Positions 53,593-62,853 of a DNA stretch of 64,000 nt are shown one piece after another. The position numbers and the translations under genes were made by a program. Source of the DNA: a virus. Location of the stretch: the IMG/VR virus record IMGVR_UViG_3300035698_009139. One strand, written 5' to 3'. How positions within the stretch are numbered: the stretch's first letter is position 1; each line of letters begins with the position of its first letter. The notes under the pieces were generated by a model, which did not search any database, was not told the DNA's origin, and was given only the letters and a program-made list of their open reading frames with translations.

Positions 53593-55380
53593 ATGCAGTA
53601 CGAAGGTATCGAGATCGATTTGTCTCGCGACGAACTATTTGACAAACTTGGCCTGATTCGCCTACAAGAATCATATATGAGAGACGACGAGACCAGCCCA
53701 CAGCATCGATTTGCATACGTGGCTAAACGATTCGGTACAGATATAGCACATTCGCAACGACTGTATGATTATATGTCGAAGCATTGGCTGTCGTGCAGCA
53801 CGCCTATTCTTAGTTACGGCCGCACGGAGCGCGGTCTGCCAATCAGTTGCTATCTAAATTACATTGACGATAGCTCGGCAGGATTGGTGGACACATTATC
53901 TGAGACCAACTGGCTTTCGATGCTCGGCGGAGGGGTTGGAATAGGTTTCGGTATGCGAGCGGCTGGCGAGAAGTCTACTGGCGTCATCCCACATCTTAAA
54001 CTGTATGATGCATCGTCTCTGGCTTATCGTCAAGGCAAAACGCGCCGCGGAAGTTATGCAGCATATCTAAACATCGACCATCCAGACATCACCCAGTTCC
54101 TCGAGATGCGTAAGTCCACGGGCGACCAAAACTTACGTTGCCTGAATCTCCATCACGGTATCAACATCTCCGATAAGTTCATGCAGATCATTGAGAATCT
54201 GATGACAGATCCGAATGCTGATGACACATGGAATCTGATTGACCCACACACCAATAGTGTGACGGAAGTAGTCAGCGCACGTGAGTTGTGGCAGAAGATC
54301 ATGGAATTGCGAATGCAGACCGGCGAACCTTATATGCATTTCATCGACACAAGTAACAAGCATTTACCGCAGTGGCTGAAGGACAGAGGCCTGGAAATAC
54401 GCCAGTCTAATCTGTGTAGTGAAATCATTCTGCCGACCAATGAAGACCGCACTGCAGTATGCTGCTTGAGTTCGCTGAATTTGGAACACTATGACGCGTG
54501 GCGCCGCAACCCTGGCTTCTTGCAGGACGTTGCTGAGATGTTGGACAATGTGCTGCAGTTTTTCATCGACACGGCTCCTGACACAATCAGCCGGGCTATC
54601 TATAGTGCAACACGTGAACGATCGATTGGTATTGGTGCCCTCGGCTTCCACGCATACCTGCAGAAGAATGGTATTCCGTTTGAGAGTGCGATGGCTAAGT
54701 CTGCTAACATCCGTTTATTCAAATACATCCGCACATCACTGGATGCAGCCAATCTTGTGTTGGGCAAGGAACGCGGTGAGGCACCAGACGCAGAGGGAAC
54801 AGGCCTGCGGTTCAGTCATTTGATGGCAATCGCTCCGAACGCATCATCGTCAATTATCATGGGCAACACATCGCCTTCGATTGAACCATATCGGGCTAAT
54901 GCATATCGTCAGGATACATTGTCCGGATCTCATATGAATAAGAATCGCCACTTGGATGCACTGATCAAAAAGCATTGTGAGGGTGATACGGCAATGTATG
55001 ATCGAATTTGGTCGTCGATCATTTCTAATGACGGTAGCTGTCAGCACTTGTCGTGGATGGAAGATTACGACAAAGATGTATATAAGACAGCAATGGAAAT
55101 CGATCAGCGCTGGGTGATAGAACATGCAGCAACCAGGCAGCAATGGATCGATCAAGCACAGTCATTGAACTTATTCTTTCGGCCGGACAGCAACATCAAG
55201 TATTTACATGCGTGCCATTTTCTCGCTTGGAAATCTGGACTAAAGACGCTATACTATTGTAGGTCAGAGAAAATCGGTAAGGCCGATAAGGTCGCAAAGA
55301 AGATCGAGCGACAAATCATCAAAGAATTAGATTTTGAAGCAATCATCGCAGGTGATGATTGCATAGCATGTGAGGGATAA
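53593..55380 (+). CDS. nrdA: Ribonucleotide reductase class I alpha subunit (short, no ATP cone)
   Basis: STPIL, PISC, GGGVG, QSNLCSEI, VCCLSS, RSIGIG, IAPNASSS, DQAQS, LKTLYY, C-terminal CIACEG. Confidence 0.96.
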   Translation: MQYEGIEIDLSRDELFDKLGLIRLQESYMRDDETSPQHRFAYVAKRFGTDIAHSQRLYDYMSKHWLSCSTPILSYGRTERGLPISCYLNYIDDSSAGLVDTLSETNWLSMLGGGVGIGFGMRAAGEKSTGVIPHLKLYDASSLAYRQGKTRRGSYAAYLNIDHPDITQFLEMRKSTGDQNLRCLNLHHGINISDKFMQIIENLMTDPNADDTWNLIDPHTNSVTEVVSARELWQKIMELRMQTGEPYMHFIDTSNKHLPQWLKDRGLEIRQSNLCSEIILPTNEDRTAVCCLSSLNLEHYDAWRRNPGFLQDVAEMLDNVLQFFIDTAPDTISRAIYSATRERSIGIGALGFHAYLQKNGIPFESAMAKSANIRLFKYIRTSLDAANLVLGKERGEAPDAEGTGLRFSHLMAIAPNASSSIIMGNTSPSIEPYRANAYRQDTLSGSHMNKNRHLDALIKKHCEGDTAMYDRIWSSIISNDGSCQHLSWMEDYDKDVYKTAMEIDQRWVIEHAATRQQWIDQAQSLNLFFRPDSNIKYLHACHFLAWKSGLKTLYYCRSEKIGKADKVAKKIERQIIKELDFEAIIAGDDCIACEG

Positions 55381-55382
55381 TT

Positions 55383-55964
55383 ATGAATTTTCTACCAATA
55401 CAGAAGATGTCGGCTGATAAACTGGTTTTTGCTATGTGTGCTAAATATGCTAAACCTAACGGTCTTGGCTTCTCTATAGAGAAGCATGAGGTGGGGCTAG
55501 ACGTTGAAGCCAATATGTCGAAAGCCGTATCCCAATTGATGCAAGAAAAGTTTGAAATGTTGGACCGGCCAGTTGATATGAAGTGGAACCCACCACATCA
55601 CAACAAATGGCAGAAGATCATCCGCATCATTCGAGGCACAGGAGATGATATACATCCACTTAATCATGCCATACACCGCGCGGGCAACAAAATTGCGAAG
55701 CGGACACGAAGGGGTATAGGTAATGTGTTGATTTATAATCCGGGTTGGACACATTACGGAATGGAATCCTCTCTGACTGGCACCCCGGTCACAAAGATCC
55801 GCCACCCACTATGCCCTCTTGATAAAATGCTCTTGTTGTATATGGGAGAGAATGATTTCGATGCTGGTTATATGTACGTGGAAGGAAGTGGGTTGTTTAA
55901 GCAACCTGATAGATTTTGCAAAGCAGAAGATTATGGCATGTGGATCCAGCTAGACAATGGTTGA
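55383..55964 (+). CDS. Miniaturised gp23 (major capsid protein) paralogue
   Basis: Six blocks collinear with this phage's gp23, e.g. NKIAKRTRRGIGNVLI vs NAIAKATRRGKGNVMI and YMGENDFDAGYMY vs YKGSSAFDAGLFY. Confidence 0.75.
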   Translation: MNFLPIQKMSADKLVFAMCAKYAKPNGLGFSIEKHEVGLDVEANMSKAVSQLMQEKFEMLDRPVDMKWNPPHHNKWQKIIRIIRGTGDDIHPLNHAIHRAGNKIAKRTRRGIGNVLIYNPGWTHYGMESSLTGTPVTKIRHPLCPLDKMLLLYMGENDFDAGYMYVEGSGLFKQPDRFCKAEDYGMWIQLDNG

Positions 55965-56547
55965 AATTATTTGGCATCAAAACCCGCTGAGATCAGAAGT
56001 GCTTCTGAACGACAACGACAAGCAGTTGCTCTGGCATAAAGTTAAGATCGAGGAATTGCTGAATGGCATGTGCGGGGCTCACATGTATATACAAGATGCC
56101 CTCAAATCACGTTGGTGGGTACCTGCAGGTATCATAAAGAAGGCCCTCAAAGAGCTGGATTATACTGATGCGATCGATGCCGAAGTTGATCGAATGACAG
56201 AAGTGTGCATCCAAGACTTGAGGGGATGGCATATGGGAGATTGCACTTGTTTCGCAAACAGCTGTGCAAAGTGTCATGCCGAACACATGCTAGGAATTGA
56301 CACCATTAAAGGCTTAGGGAAACATGCTGGGTCCTATGTGTCGTCAGCATTCGACAGCACTGTGCTTGGCGCCCCTGAGCGTACGACTGCTGAGGCGATC
56401 GACGTGTTGATAAATCGAGACGACTCCGAGAAAACGGACACATGGTCTAATTATTCTGATGAGCAATGGGATAAATTAGTTGCCCGATGGAACGGGGAAC
56501 GCAAAGAGGCAATTAAATGGTTAAAGGTCTATCAAGCAAATCTTTAG
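55957..56547 (+). CDS. Hypothetical protein with a His/Cys cluster
   Basis: HMGDCTCFANSCAKCHAE. Confidence 0.65.
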   Translation: MVEIIWHQNPLRSEVLLNDNDKQLLWHKVKIEELLNGMCGAHMYIQDALKSRWWVPAGIIKKALKELDYTDAIDAEVDRMTEVCIQDLRGWHMGDCTCFANSCAKCHAEHMLGIDTIKGLGKHAGSYVSSAFDSTVLGAPERTTAEAIDVLINRDDSEKTDTWSNYSDEQWDKLVARWNGERKEAIKWLKVYQANL

Positions 56548-56549
56548 TA

Positions 56550-56777
56550 ATGCCCGTGTGTGACACTAAACGTCACTTGGTGTGCTACCCATACAATAAA
56601 CAAAACCTGCATTTAATGGCCAAGGTTATGGGCATAGGCCGACACTGGTTTCACAAAGACCACTATGATATACCGAAAAGACGGCGACCAGAAATAGAAT
56701 CTAAATGCTTCAAGGTGAGTAGCAAAGAGATCGTACAAATAATAAAAGGCGGAGAGCTAGAATGGCTAAAGATCTAA
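56550..56777 (+). CDS. DUF4031-like small protein
   Basis: LHLMAKVMGIGRHWFHKDHYDIPKRRR. Confidence 0.6.
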   Translation: MPVCDTKRHLVCYPYNKQNLHLMAKVMGIGRHWFHKDHYDIPKRRRPEIESKCFKVSSKEIVQIIKGGELEWLKI

Positions 56778-57733
56778 AACTAACAGACGAACGCAATTAC
56801 TTTAAGCCATTCCATTATCCTTGGGCGTACGATGCATGGTTAATGCACGAGCAAAGTCACTGGTTGCACACGGAAGTTCCTATGCTGGATGACGTCAAAG
56901 ACTGGCGCCTGCGTCTGTCAGATGCTGAGAAGCATTTCCTAACTCAGATCTTCCGCTTCTTCACTCAGGGTGATATTGACGTAGCTGATGGGTACGTCAA
57001 TAATTTTCTGCCGTACTTCCCGCAGCCAGAAGTCCGTATGATGCTCGTAGGGTTCGCTGCACGAGAAGCTCTGCATATTGCTGCATACAGCCACCTAATC
57101 GAAACATTGGGAATGCCAGAAAGCACGTACAGTGAGTTCTCCGAATACAAGGAGATGCAGAACAAGCACGATTACATTCAGAAGCTAAGTGGTAAGAGCG
57201 CCAAGAATGTGGCGCAACAGATTGCAGCGTTCTCAGCATTCACAGAAGGGATGCAACTGTTCAGCTCATTCATCATGCTGCTGAATTTTCCTCGCCACGG
57301 CAAGATGAAGGGTATGGGGCAAATCATCACTTGGTCAATCGTTGATGAGACGATGCACGCCGAGTCAATGATCAAGCTGTTCCGAACATTCATTGAAGAG
57401 AATAAAGATATTTGGAACGACGAGCTGAAAGGCGAGATCTACTCCATTGCAGAGAAAATGGTCAGCCTGGAAGACGAGTTCATCGACCTAGCATTCAAGA
57501 TGGGGTCGGTGGAGAATCTGACGGCCGATGAAGTCAAGAAGTACATCAGGTACATCGCCGACCGTCGATTGATTTCACTGGGGATGAAAGGCATCTTCCA
57601 CGTAAGAACGAACCCGTTGCCATGGGTTGAAACAATGATTAATGCACCCACGCATACGAACTTCTTTGAGAACAGGGCAACGGATTATGCTAAGGGTGCG
57701 TTGGAAGGTGACTGGGGAGAGGTGTGGGCGTAA
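56762..57733 (+). CDS. nrdB: Ribonucleotide reductase class Ia beta subunit
   Basis: FFTQGD, REALH..AY (radical Tyr), EGMQLFSSF, DETMH, YIADRRL, NFFENRATDY. Confidence 0.96.
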   Translation: MAKDLKLTDERNYFKPFHYPWAYDAWLMHEQSHWLHTEVPMLDDVKDWRLRLSDAEKHFLTQIFRFFTQGDIDVADGYVNNFLPYFPQPEVRMMLVGFAAREALHIAAYSHLIETLGMPESTYSEFSEYKEMQNKHDYIQKLSGKSAKNVAQQIAAFSAFTEGMQLFSSFIMLLNFPRHGKMKGMGQIITWSIVDETMHAESMIKLFRTFIEENKDIWNDELKGEIYSIAEKMVSLEDEFIDLAFKMGSVENLTADEVKKYIRYIADRRLISLGMKGIFHVRTNPLPWVETMINAPTHTNFFENRATDYAKGALEGDWGEVWA

Positions 57734-57978
57734 GACATTTTGTAAAGTGGCCGCTTAGATTATTCGTTTGGAAGTGGTCTGCTCTTCTTTTAAAACTAGC
57801 AGGGTTCCCTTCTCTTTTAACTAGATATAAAATTGCGAAGGTGCGGAGAGATTTCATGCGCGGACTGCGCAGAGTGTATCCCGGCCTGGTTGCTGAAGAA
57901 TTGATAGGTGTTCAACCAATGACAAAGGATGCCGGCCAAATATTTACAATGAGGGTTAAAAACAATGTACGTGATTAA
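57724..57978 (+). CDS. Small protein carrying a gp23 Gol-region homologue
   Basis: LRRVYPGLVAEELIGVQPMTKDAGQIFTMR vs gp23 VRRSMPNLVAYDLCGVQPMTGPTGLIFALR; alternative start ATG 57856 with SD GGAGA. Confidence 0.7.
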   Translation: MGVRHFVKWPLRLFVWKWSALLLKLAGFPSLLTRYKIAKVRRDFMRGLRRVYPGLVAEELIGVQPMTKDAGQIFTMRVKNNVRD

Positions 57979-58492
57979 TATGTTCGGCGGACCGGGCAGC
58001 GGCAAGAGTACAACTGCTGCAGGCCTGTTCCATTTGATGAAGTTGAAGAAATATAATGTTGAGCTAGTAACAGAGTACGCAAAAGATTTGACGTACGAAG
58101 GCCGGTTCACTACACTGAAAAATCAGCTATATGTAACAGGGTGTCAGTTCCAGCGAATGGAGCGGATGAGAGATAAGGTTGATTTCTTAATCACTGATAG
58201 TCCGATGTTGTTTGGCTTGATGTATGCCCCACCAGAATACCCACAATCATTCCGGAACATGGTCGTCGACTTTCACAATATGTTCAACAACATCAATGTG
58301 ATGATAGGCCGGTCTAAGGAGTACACGCCACTTGGCCGAAACCACAATGAAGAGCAAGCTCGGTGGTTAGACAAAGAATGCTTAGAAATACTCCACCATA
58401 AGAAAATCAGGCCCGGCAACTACATCAAGGTGGATGGAGATCCCGACGCGGCCGCAAATATCCTGAAAGCAGTTGAGGCGAAGAAACTATGA
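57965..58492 (+). CDS. P-loop NTPase / nucleotide kinase (NadR/AAA_28-like)
   Basis: INMFGGPGSGKSTT, ELVTEYAK, ITDSP, GRNH. Confidence 0.75.
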   Translation: MYVINMFGGPGSGKSTTAAGLFHLMKLKKYNVELVTEYAKDLTYEGRFTTLKNQLYVTGCQFQRMERMRDKVDFLITDSPMLFGLMYAPPEYPQSFRNMVVDFHNMFNNINVMIGRSKEYTPLGRNHNEEQARWLDKECLEILHHKKIRPGNYIKVDGDPDAAANILKAVEAKKL

Positions 58493-59001
58493 ACAAGTGG
58501 GACCGCCGATATCTTAGCTTGGCCCTATTCGTCAGCACTTGGTCGAAAGATCCAAGTACTCAAACTGGTGCAGTAATTATCCGACCAGACAATAGTATTG
58601 CATCTATCGGGTTCAATGGATTCCCTCGCGGCGAAAATGACGACCCTGAGCTGTATTTGGACAGAGATTATAAATACAAAAACATCATCCATGCCGAGAT
58701 CAACGCCATAGGGAACGCTAATGAAGATGTTGATGGATACACATTGTATCAGTGGCCCGGATACAGTTGCTCGGATTGCGCAACTGTTATTAGAGATCAT
58801 GGCCTTGCCCGTGTGGTTAATTTTGAACCGACAAAAGATTTTATCGACAGGTGGGGCGAAGAGTTTGACAGGGCGTCAGTAATATTCAAAGTCAGTCGCA
58901 TCCAAGTTGATTTGATAGAGCGAACTCTTCTGTTCAATATGCTGGAATCCGTAACACTTAGCATGCAACAATTGACGAAGACGGCGATCAAGTACATGTA
59001 A
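58489..59001 (+). CDS. cd: dCMP deaminase
   Basis: WSKDPSTQTGAVI, GFNGFPRG, HAEINA, SCSDCA. Confidence 0.9.
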   Translation: MNKWDRRYLSLALFVSTWSKDPSTQTGAVIIRPDNSIASIGFNGFPRGENDDPELYLDRDYKYKNIIHAEINAIGNANEDVDGYTLYQWPGYSCSDCATVIRDHGLARVVNFEPTKDFIDRWGEEFDRASVIFKVSRIQVDLIERTLLFNMLESVTLSMQQLTKTAIKYM

Positions 59002-59061
59002 AGAATCATCCTATTTGCCATAATTACCCATAGCAGGGAATTAGAATGATAGGATGCACTA

Positions 59062-59508
59062 GTGAGTTACGACAACCCTTGGACGTTTAATGGACAACTT
59101 TTTGACACAGATCAGATCAACAAATCCGAAGGATTCGTTTATATGGTCATCAACCAGCAGACGGGCCAAAAATACATCGGGCGAAAATACTTCTTTGAAA
59201 TACGAAAGGTTCGTGGTAAGCTACGACGTCAACGTAGAGAAAGCAATTGGAAATCTTACTACGGCTCAAGTGAACGCATTAAAGCTGATATCGAAGAGAT
59301 TGGACGAGAAGCTTTCTTACGCACTATACTATCCATACACAAGACACGAGGCGACTGCAACTATGCCGAGGTACGAGAACAATTTTCTCACAACGTGTTG
59401 GAATCCGAAGGCTACTACAACGACAACATATCAGGCAAGTGGCATAATAAACCTCTGCATATCATAGAAGGAAGACGTATATCTAATGGATCAATCTTCA
59501 TTACCTGA
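59062..59508 (+). CDS. GIY-YIG family endonuclease (endonuclease II/DenA-like)
   Basis: GFVYMVIN...KYIGRKYF, ESNWKSYYGSS, YYNDNISG. Confidence 0.75.
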   Translation: MSYDNPWTFNGQLFDTDQINKSEGFVYMVINQQTGQKYIGRKYFFEIRKVRGKLRRQRRESNWKSYYGSSERIKADIEEIGREAFLRTILSIHKTRGDCNYAEVREQFSHNVLESEGYYNDNISGKWHNKPLHIIEGRRISNGSIFIT

Positions 59509-60079
59509 ACACCTCGGCGGCCATATGAATAAGACCCATGTGGATGGAGGCGCTCTTCGTCTACTGAGAAAGAAATTCAATATTGAAACAATGCTCGACA
59601 TTGGCTGTGGCACCGGGGGAATGGTGGAGCTGGCTGATAGTTTAGGCATACAAGCGGAAGGAGTAGATGGTGACTTCACATTGGCGAAGCAGTGGGAACA
59701 AGCGAACATATTCGTCCACGTCCACGATTTCAGCAAAGGACCGCCAAACCTATACGAAGGCACCCAATATGATCTCGGCTGGTCTGTCGAATTTCTTGAA
59801 CATGTTGAGCAGCAGTATATGGATAATTATTTTGCTTTCTTTAATGTGTGCCGGTATGTTGTATGTACTGCTGCGCCGCCTGGTTGGGCAGGACACCACC
59901 ACGTAAATTGCCAGACCAAAGAATATTGGATTGAAGAATTCTCGAAGCGCGGCTTTTCATTCGATCAACAGATGACTGATGATATTCATAAAGCATCAAC
60001 AATGACTAAGCCGTTTATGGCGCAGACAGGGATGTTTTTCGAAAACAAAAGCAAGATTTGGCCCGACATAGATGATTAA
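59486..60079 (+). CDS. Class I SAM-dependent methyltransferase
   Basis: LDIGCGTG, GVDG, HDF, SVEFLEHV, GHHHVNCQ. Confidence 0.85.
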   Translation: MDQSSLPEHLGGHMNKTHVDGGALRLLRKKFNIETMLDIGCGTGGMVELADSLGIQAEGVDGDFTLAKQWEQANIFVHVHDFSKGPPNLYEGTQYDLGWSVEFLEHVEQQYMDNYFAFFNVCRYVVCTAAPPGWAGHHHVNCQTKEYWIEEFSKRGFSFDQQMTDDIHKASTMTKPFMAQTGMFFENKSKIWPDIDD

Positions 60080-60851
60080 TGTTCGTGGTGCATTAGGCAC
60101 CCAAGTGATTGAATTACTAGCTGCACTGGCCCGCCTTGCTGAGAATGGTGAGAAGATTGAGAACAGAAGTTCTGGGTGGCGGCCATCGTCATATGGGTTA
60201 TCACGAGAAACGAGCTCAGCCATACCACAAGCCCCGGCGTGGTTCATCAATATCAATGCTGGTGGCGATGTAGTGGACACCGTCCGTGAAGACTATTTAA
60301 GTCAGTTGATATGCAATGTAAGCTGTACGGTTGATCTGAACGGGACTAAGAAAACTGGCGGTTGGAATGTTGAAGACTTCCGGCTGATCAAAAAGCACAA
60401 CGCGGCTATCTGTGATGCGCTGGTGTTCCGTAATATGAACAACAGCGTGTATCTAAAAGAACTGATACACGTTAGAGGCAAGGATCGACAACTGATATCG
60501 ACCAACACGTACATCAAAATGTACGACAAGCTACGGCTGCCAGTTATTGGAGACGACCCGCACATCATAGATATAATGACGTATGAGGATAACTATATAG
60601 GACACGTGCATAGACGTATGGGCATTGACTACACTGCGGCCCAGGATTGGATGACCGTGCTGAATGCAGATGTGGTGCATTGCAGCATTAGTTCGTTTGT
60701 GATCAGTGCACTATTGTTGGACCCAATGAAAGAGGCTCACATCATCCGCCCCACAGAGGGCGCCCCACATAAAGTCAGTTCGCACGTGGTCGACGCAGTA
60801 GAATTTTTAGCGCAGGAGTGGCCGAATGTTACTTTCGATGAGTTTAAATAG
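60072..60851 (+). CDS. GT11 (alpha-1,2-fucosyltransferase-like) glycosyltransferase
   Basis: RGALGTQ resembles GGLGNQ; IHVRGKD resembles HVRRGD; QDW...ISSF resembles D...NSSF. Confidence 0.5.
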   Translation: MINVRGALGTQVIELLAALARLAENGEKIENRSSGWRPSSYGLSRETSSAIPQAPAWFININAGGDVVDTVREDYLSQLICNVSCTVDLNGTKKTGGWNVEDFRLIKKHNAAICDALVFRNMNNSVYLKELIHVRGKDRQLISTNTYIKMYDKLRLPVIGDDPHIIDIMTYEDNYIGHVHRRMGIDYTAAQDWMTVLNADVVHCSISSFVISALLLDPMKEAHIIRPTEGAPHKVSSHVVDAVEFLAQEWPNVTFDEFK

Positions 60852-61830
60852 AGCAGTAGTTAAAGGACATTTGTCCAGTGTTGAACTCGAAAAGATCCGG
60901 CGGATAGAAGCCCCGTTTGCTAAAAGGTATGACGAAGGAACGCTATCGCTCAGTGATCTACCTGCACTGTGGATAGCTACGTGCGCGACAGCGGCAGTGA
61001 TTGTTGGCGATAAGTTTTATGGGTTCACACTGAACGGCAGCAAGAACTTATCAGATTCTGATTTGATAGCTGACACAAACATGAATGAGAGAGGCCTACA
61101 CATTATGCGTGTAGTGTATTCCCATTACAACTACATGGCCCGGGCAGGATCTCGAGTGATTCCAACCGGCTTAATGATGTTGAAAGATTTTCTGCCAGAC
61201 GACCAACGTAAGAATGTAGCCAGAGACATTGATCTGACCCATTGGTTCTCTAACAAGCAGCCAGACAACATGCCCAGTACTCCGGCCATTATGCAGATGA
61301 TTGATTCGAGTGGTATGAAAGAGTTTGTAGCAAGAGCAGCGGGCCTGAAGCCCGATGACAAAGAGTTCCAGGCGAACTACAAAAGCAACACGTTTATTCA
61401 GCGGCTGGTTATTCGCCCAGATGACAATGATGAGCAGAAAGTAGCTCATTCTGATATCTTTTTCCCAGCTGTCAAATTCTGGTACTTCCCGGATAGGGTG
61501 GAAGACGGCCTCGGCGCATTCAATTACACAACAGGCCACAACAACCAGCTAACATATAAGATGTTGGACATGTTGTACACCATGTCAGTAGAGGCTTGCT
61601 TTGGGACATACGCACCATGGAGAGGCCGCGGTCACGTAGAGGGTAGTTTCCGATTCAGTCCAGAAGAGTTGGCAGAGTGTGGGATGTCCTGTGATCCGGT
61701 TCCAGTGGAAGCAAATACGTTAGTGATTGCAAATGTGTTCTGGCCGCATCGTCGAGGAGACACAATCAAGAAGGTGACCCGTAGCGCCATACATGGATCG
61801 ATAAGAGTGAAGCAACCGTTTAGGAGTTAA
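60838..61830 (+). CDS. 2OG-Fe(II) dioxygenase (PhyH-like)
   Basis: HSD facial motif, VKFWYF, GAFNY..GH, ANTLVIANVFWPHRRG. Confidence 0.65.
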   Translation: MSLNRAVVKGHLSSVELEKIRRIEAPFAKRYDEGTLSLSDLPALWIATCATAAVIVGDKFYGFTLNGSKNLSDSDLIADTNMNERGLHIMRVVYSHYNYMARAGSRVIPTGLMMLKDFLPDDQRKNVARDIDLTHWFSNKQPDNMPSTPAIMQMIDSSGMKEFVARAAGLKPDDKEFQANYKSNTFIQRLVIRPDDNDEQKVAHSDIFFPAVKFWYFPDRVEDGLGAFNYTTGHNNQLTYKMLDMLYTMSVEACFGTYAPWRGRGHVEGSFRFSPEELAECGMSCDPVPVEANTLVIANVFWPHRRGDTIKKVTRSAIHGSIRVKQPFRS

Positions 61831-61833
61831 ATT

Positions 61834-62853
61834 ATGAAGGCGTTTATTACAGGAATCACCGGCCAAGATGGATCGTATCTGGCTGAGTTACTTCTGGCCA
61901 AGGGCTACGAGGTACATGGAATGAAGCGGAGGTCATCTTCATTCAACACCGCACGCATCGACCACATCTTTGATGACCTCCATTTGCATTATGGAGACAT
62001 GACAGACTCAGTAGCCTTGTCCCGCCTGGTCAAGGAAATTCAACCAGATGAAGTATACAACCTGGCTGCACAGAGTCACGTTGCGGTTAGCTTCGAGTCA
62101 CCAGACTACACGGCAACGTGTGATGCGCTGGGTACACTGCGGCTACTGGAGGCTATCAGAGCAGCATCACCAACCCCATTCATTCGGACCAAATTCTATC
62201 AAGCGTCAACGTCTGAGCTGTTTGGTAATTCACCAGCACCTCAGAATGAAGAGACCAGGTTTGCACCAGAGAGTCCGTACGGTACCGCTAAGTTATATGC
62301 ATACCACATCACAAAGAACTATCGCACGGCGTATAATATGTTCGCGGTTAACGGTATTCTATTTAACCACGAGAGTCCCCGCCGAGGAGAGACATTCGTC
62401 ACACGTAAAGTGACGATGGCTGTTGCAGAGTATGCTAGGTTCTCACCCTGGCCCTCCCCAGCCAGCTGGAATCCAATACAGTTAGGCAACACGACTGCTA
62501 AAAGAGATTGGACGCATGCGAAGGACATGGTGGAAGGTATGTGGATGATGCTGCAACGATCTGATCCTGCTGATTTTGTTATGGGGTCCGGCAAGAGCCA
62601 TACTATTCGTGAATTGGTGGATGTGGCTTTCCAATGCATTGGCGTCAAAACTAGATGGAATGAGGCCGGGAATTGTTATGATAATAATTCAGGCACAATG
62701 CTGGTACAAACGAATGCTAGATATAAACGTCCGAATGAGGTATGGAACCTACAGTCAGATCCTTCGAAAGTGAAAGAGGATCTCGGATGGGAACCAAAGA
62801 TTTCATTCAAACAGCTTATCGCAGAAATGGTACAGGCAGATTATGACAGTTAA
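61834..62853 (+). CDS. gmd: GDP-mannose 4,6-dehydratase
   Basis: AFITGITGQDGSYLAELLL, YNLAAQSHV, YQASTSELFG, SPYGTAKLY, GILFNHESPRRGETFVTRK. Confidence 0.96.
   Translation: MKAFITGITGQDGSYLAELLLAKGYEVHGMKRRSSSFNTARIDHIFDDLHLHYGDMTDSVALSRLVKEIQPDEVYNLAAQSHVAVSFESPDYTATCDALGTLRLLEAIRAASPTPFIRTKFYQASTSELFGNSPAPQNEETRFAPESPYGTAKLYAYHITKNYRTAYNMFAVNGILFNHESPRRGETFVTRKVTMAVAEYARFSPWPSPASWNPIQLGNTTAKRDWTHAKDMVEGMWMMLQRSDPADFVMGSGKSHTIRELVDVAFQCIGVKTRWNEAGNCYDNNSGTMLVQTNARYKRPNEVWNLQSDPSKVKEDLGWEPKISFKQLIAEMVQADYDS

Noticed and set aside
55383-55964. Calling the mini-gp23 a gp24 vertex protein
   Set aside because: Too short, lacks the propeptide and major segments, and lies in the nrd operon without a late promoter
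1326-57733. Introns or inteins in gp17, gp43, gp41, nrdA, nrdB
   Set aside because: All are uninterrupted and of normal length
59062-59508. Mobile homing endonuclease
   Set aside because: Only a short catalytic GIY-YIG domain with no DNA-binding tail and no interrupted host gene; more like endonuclease II
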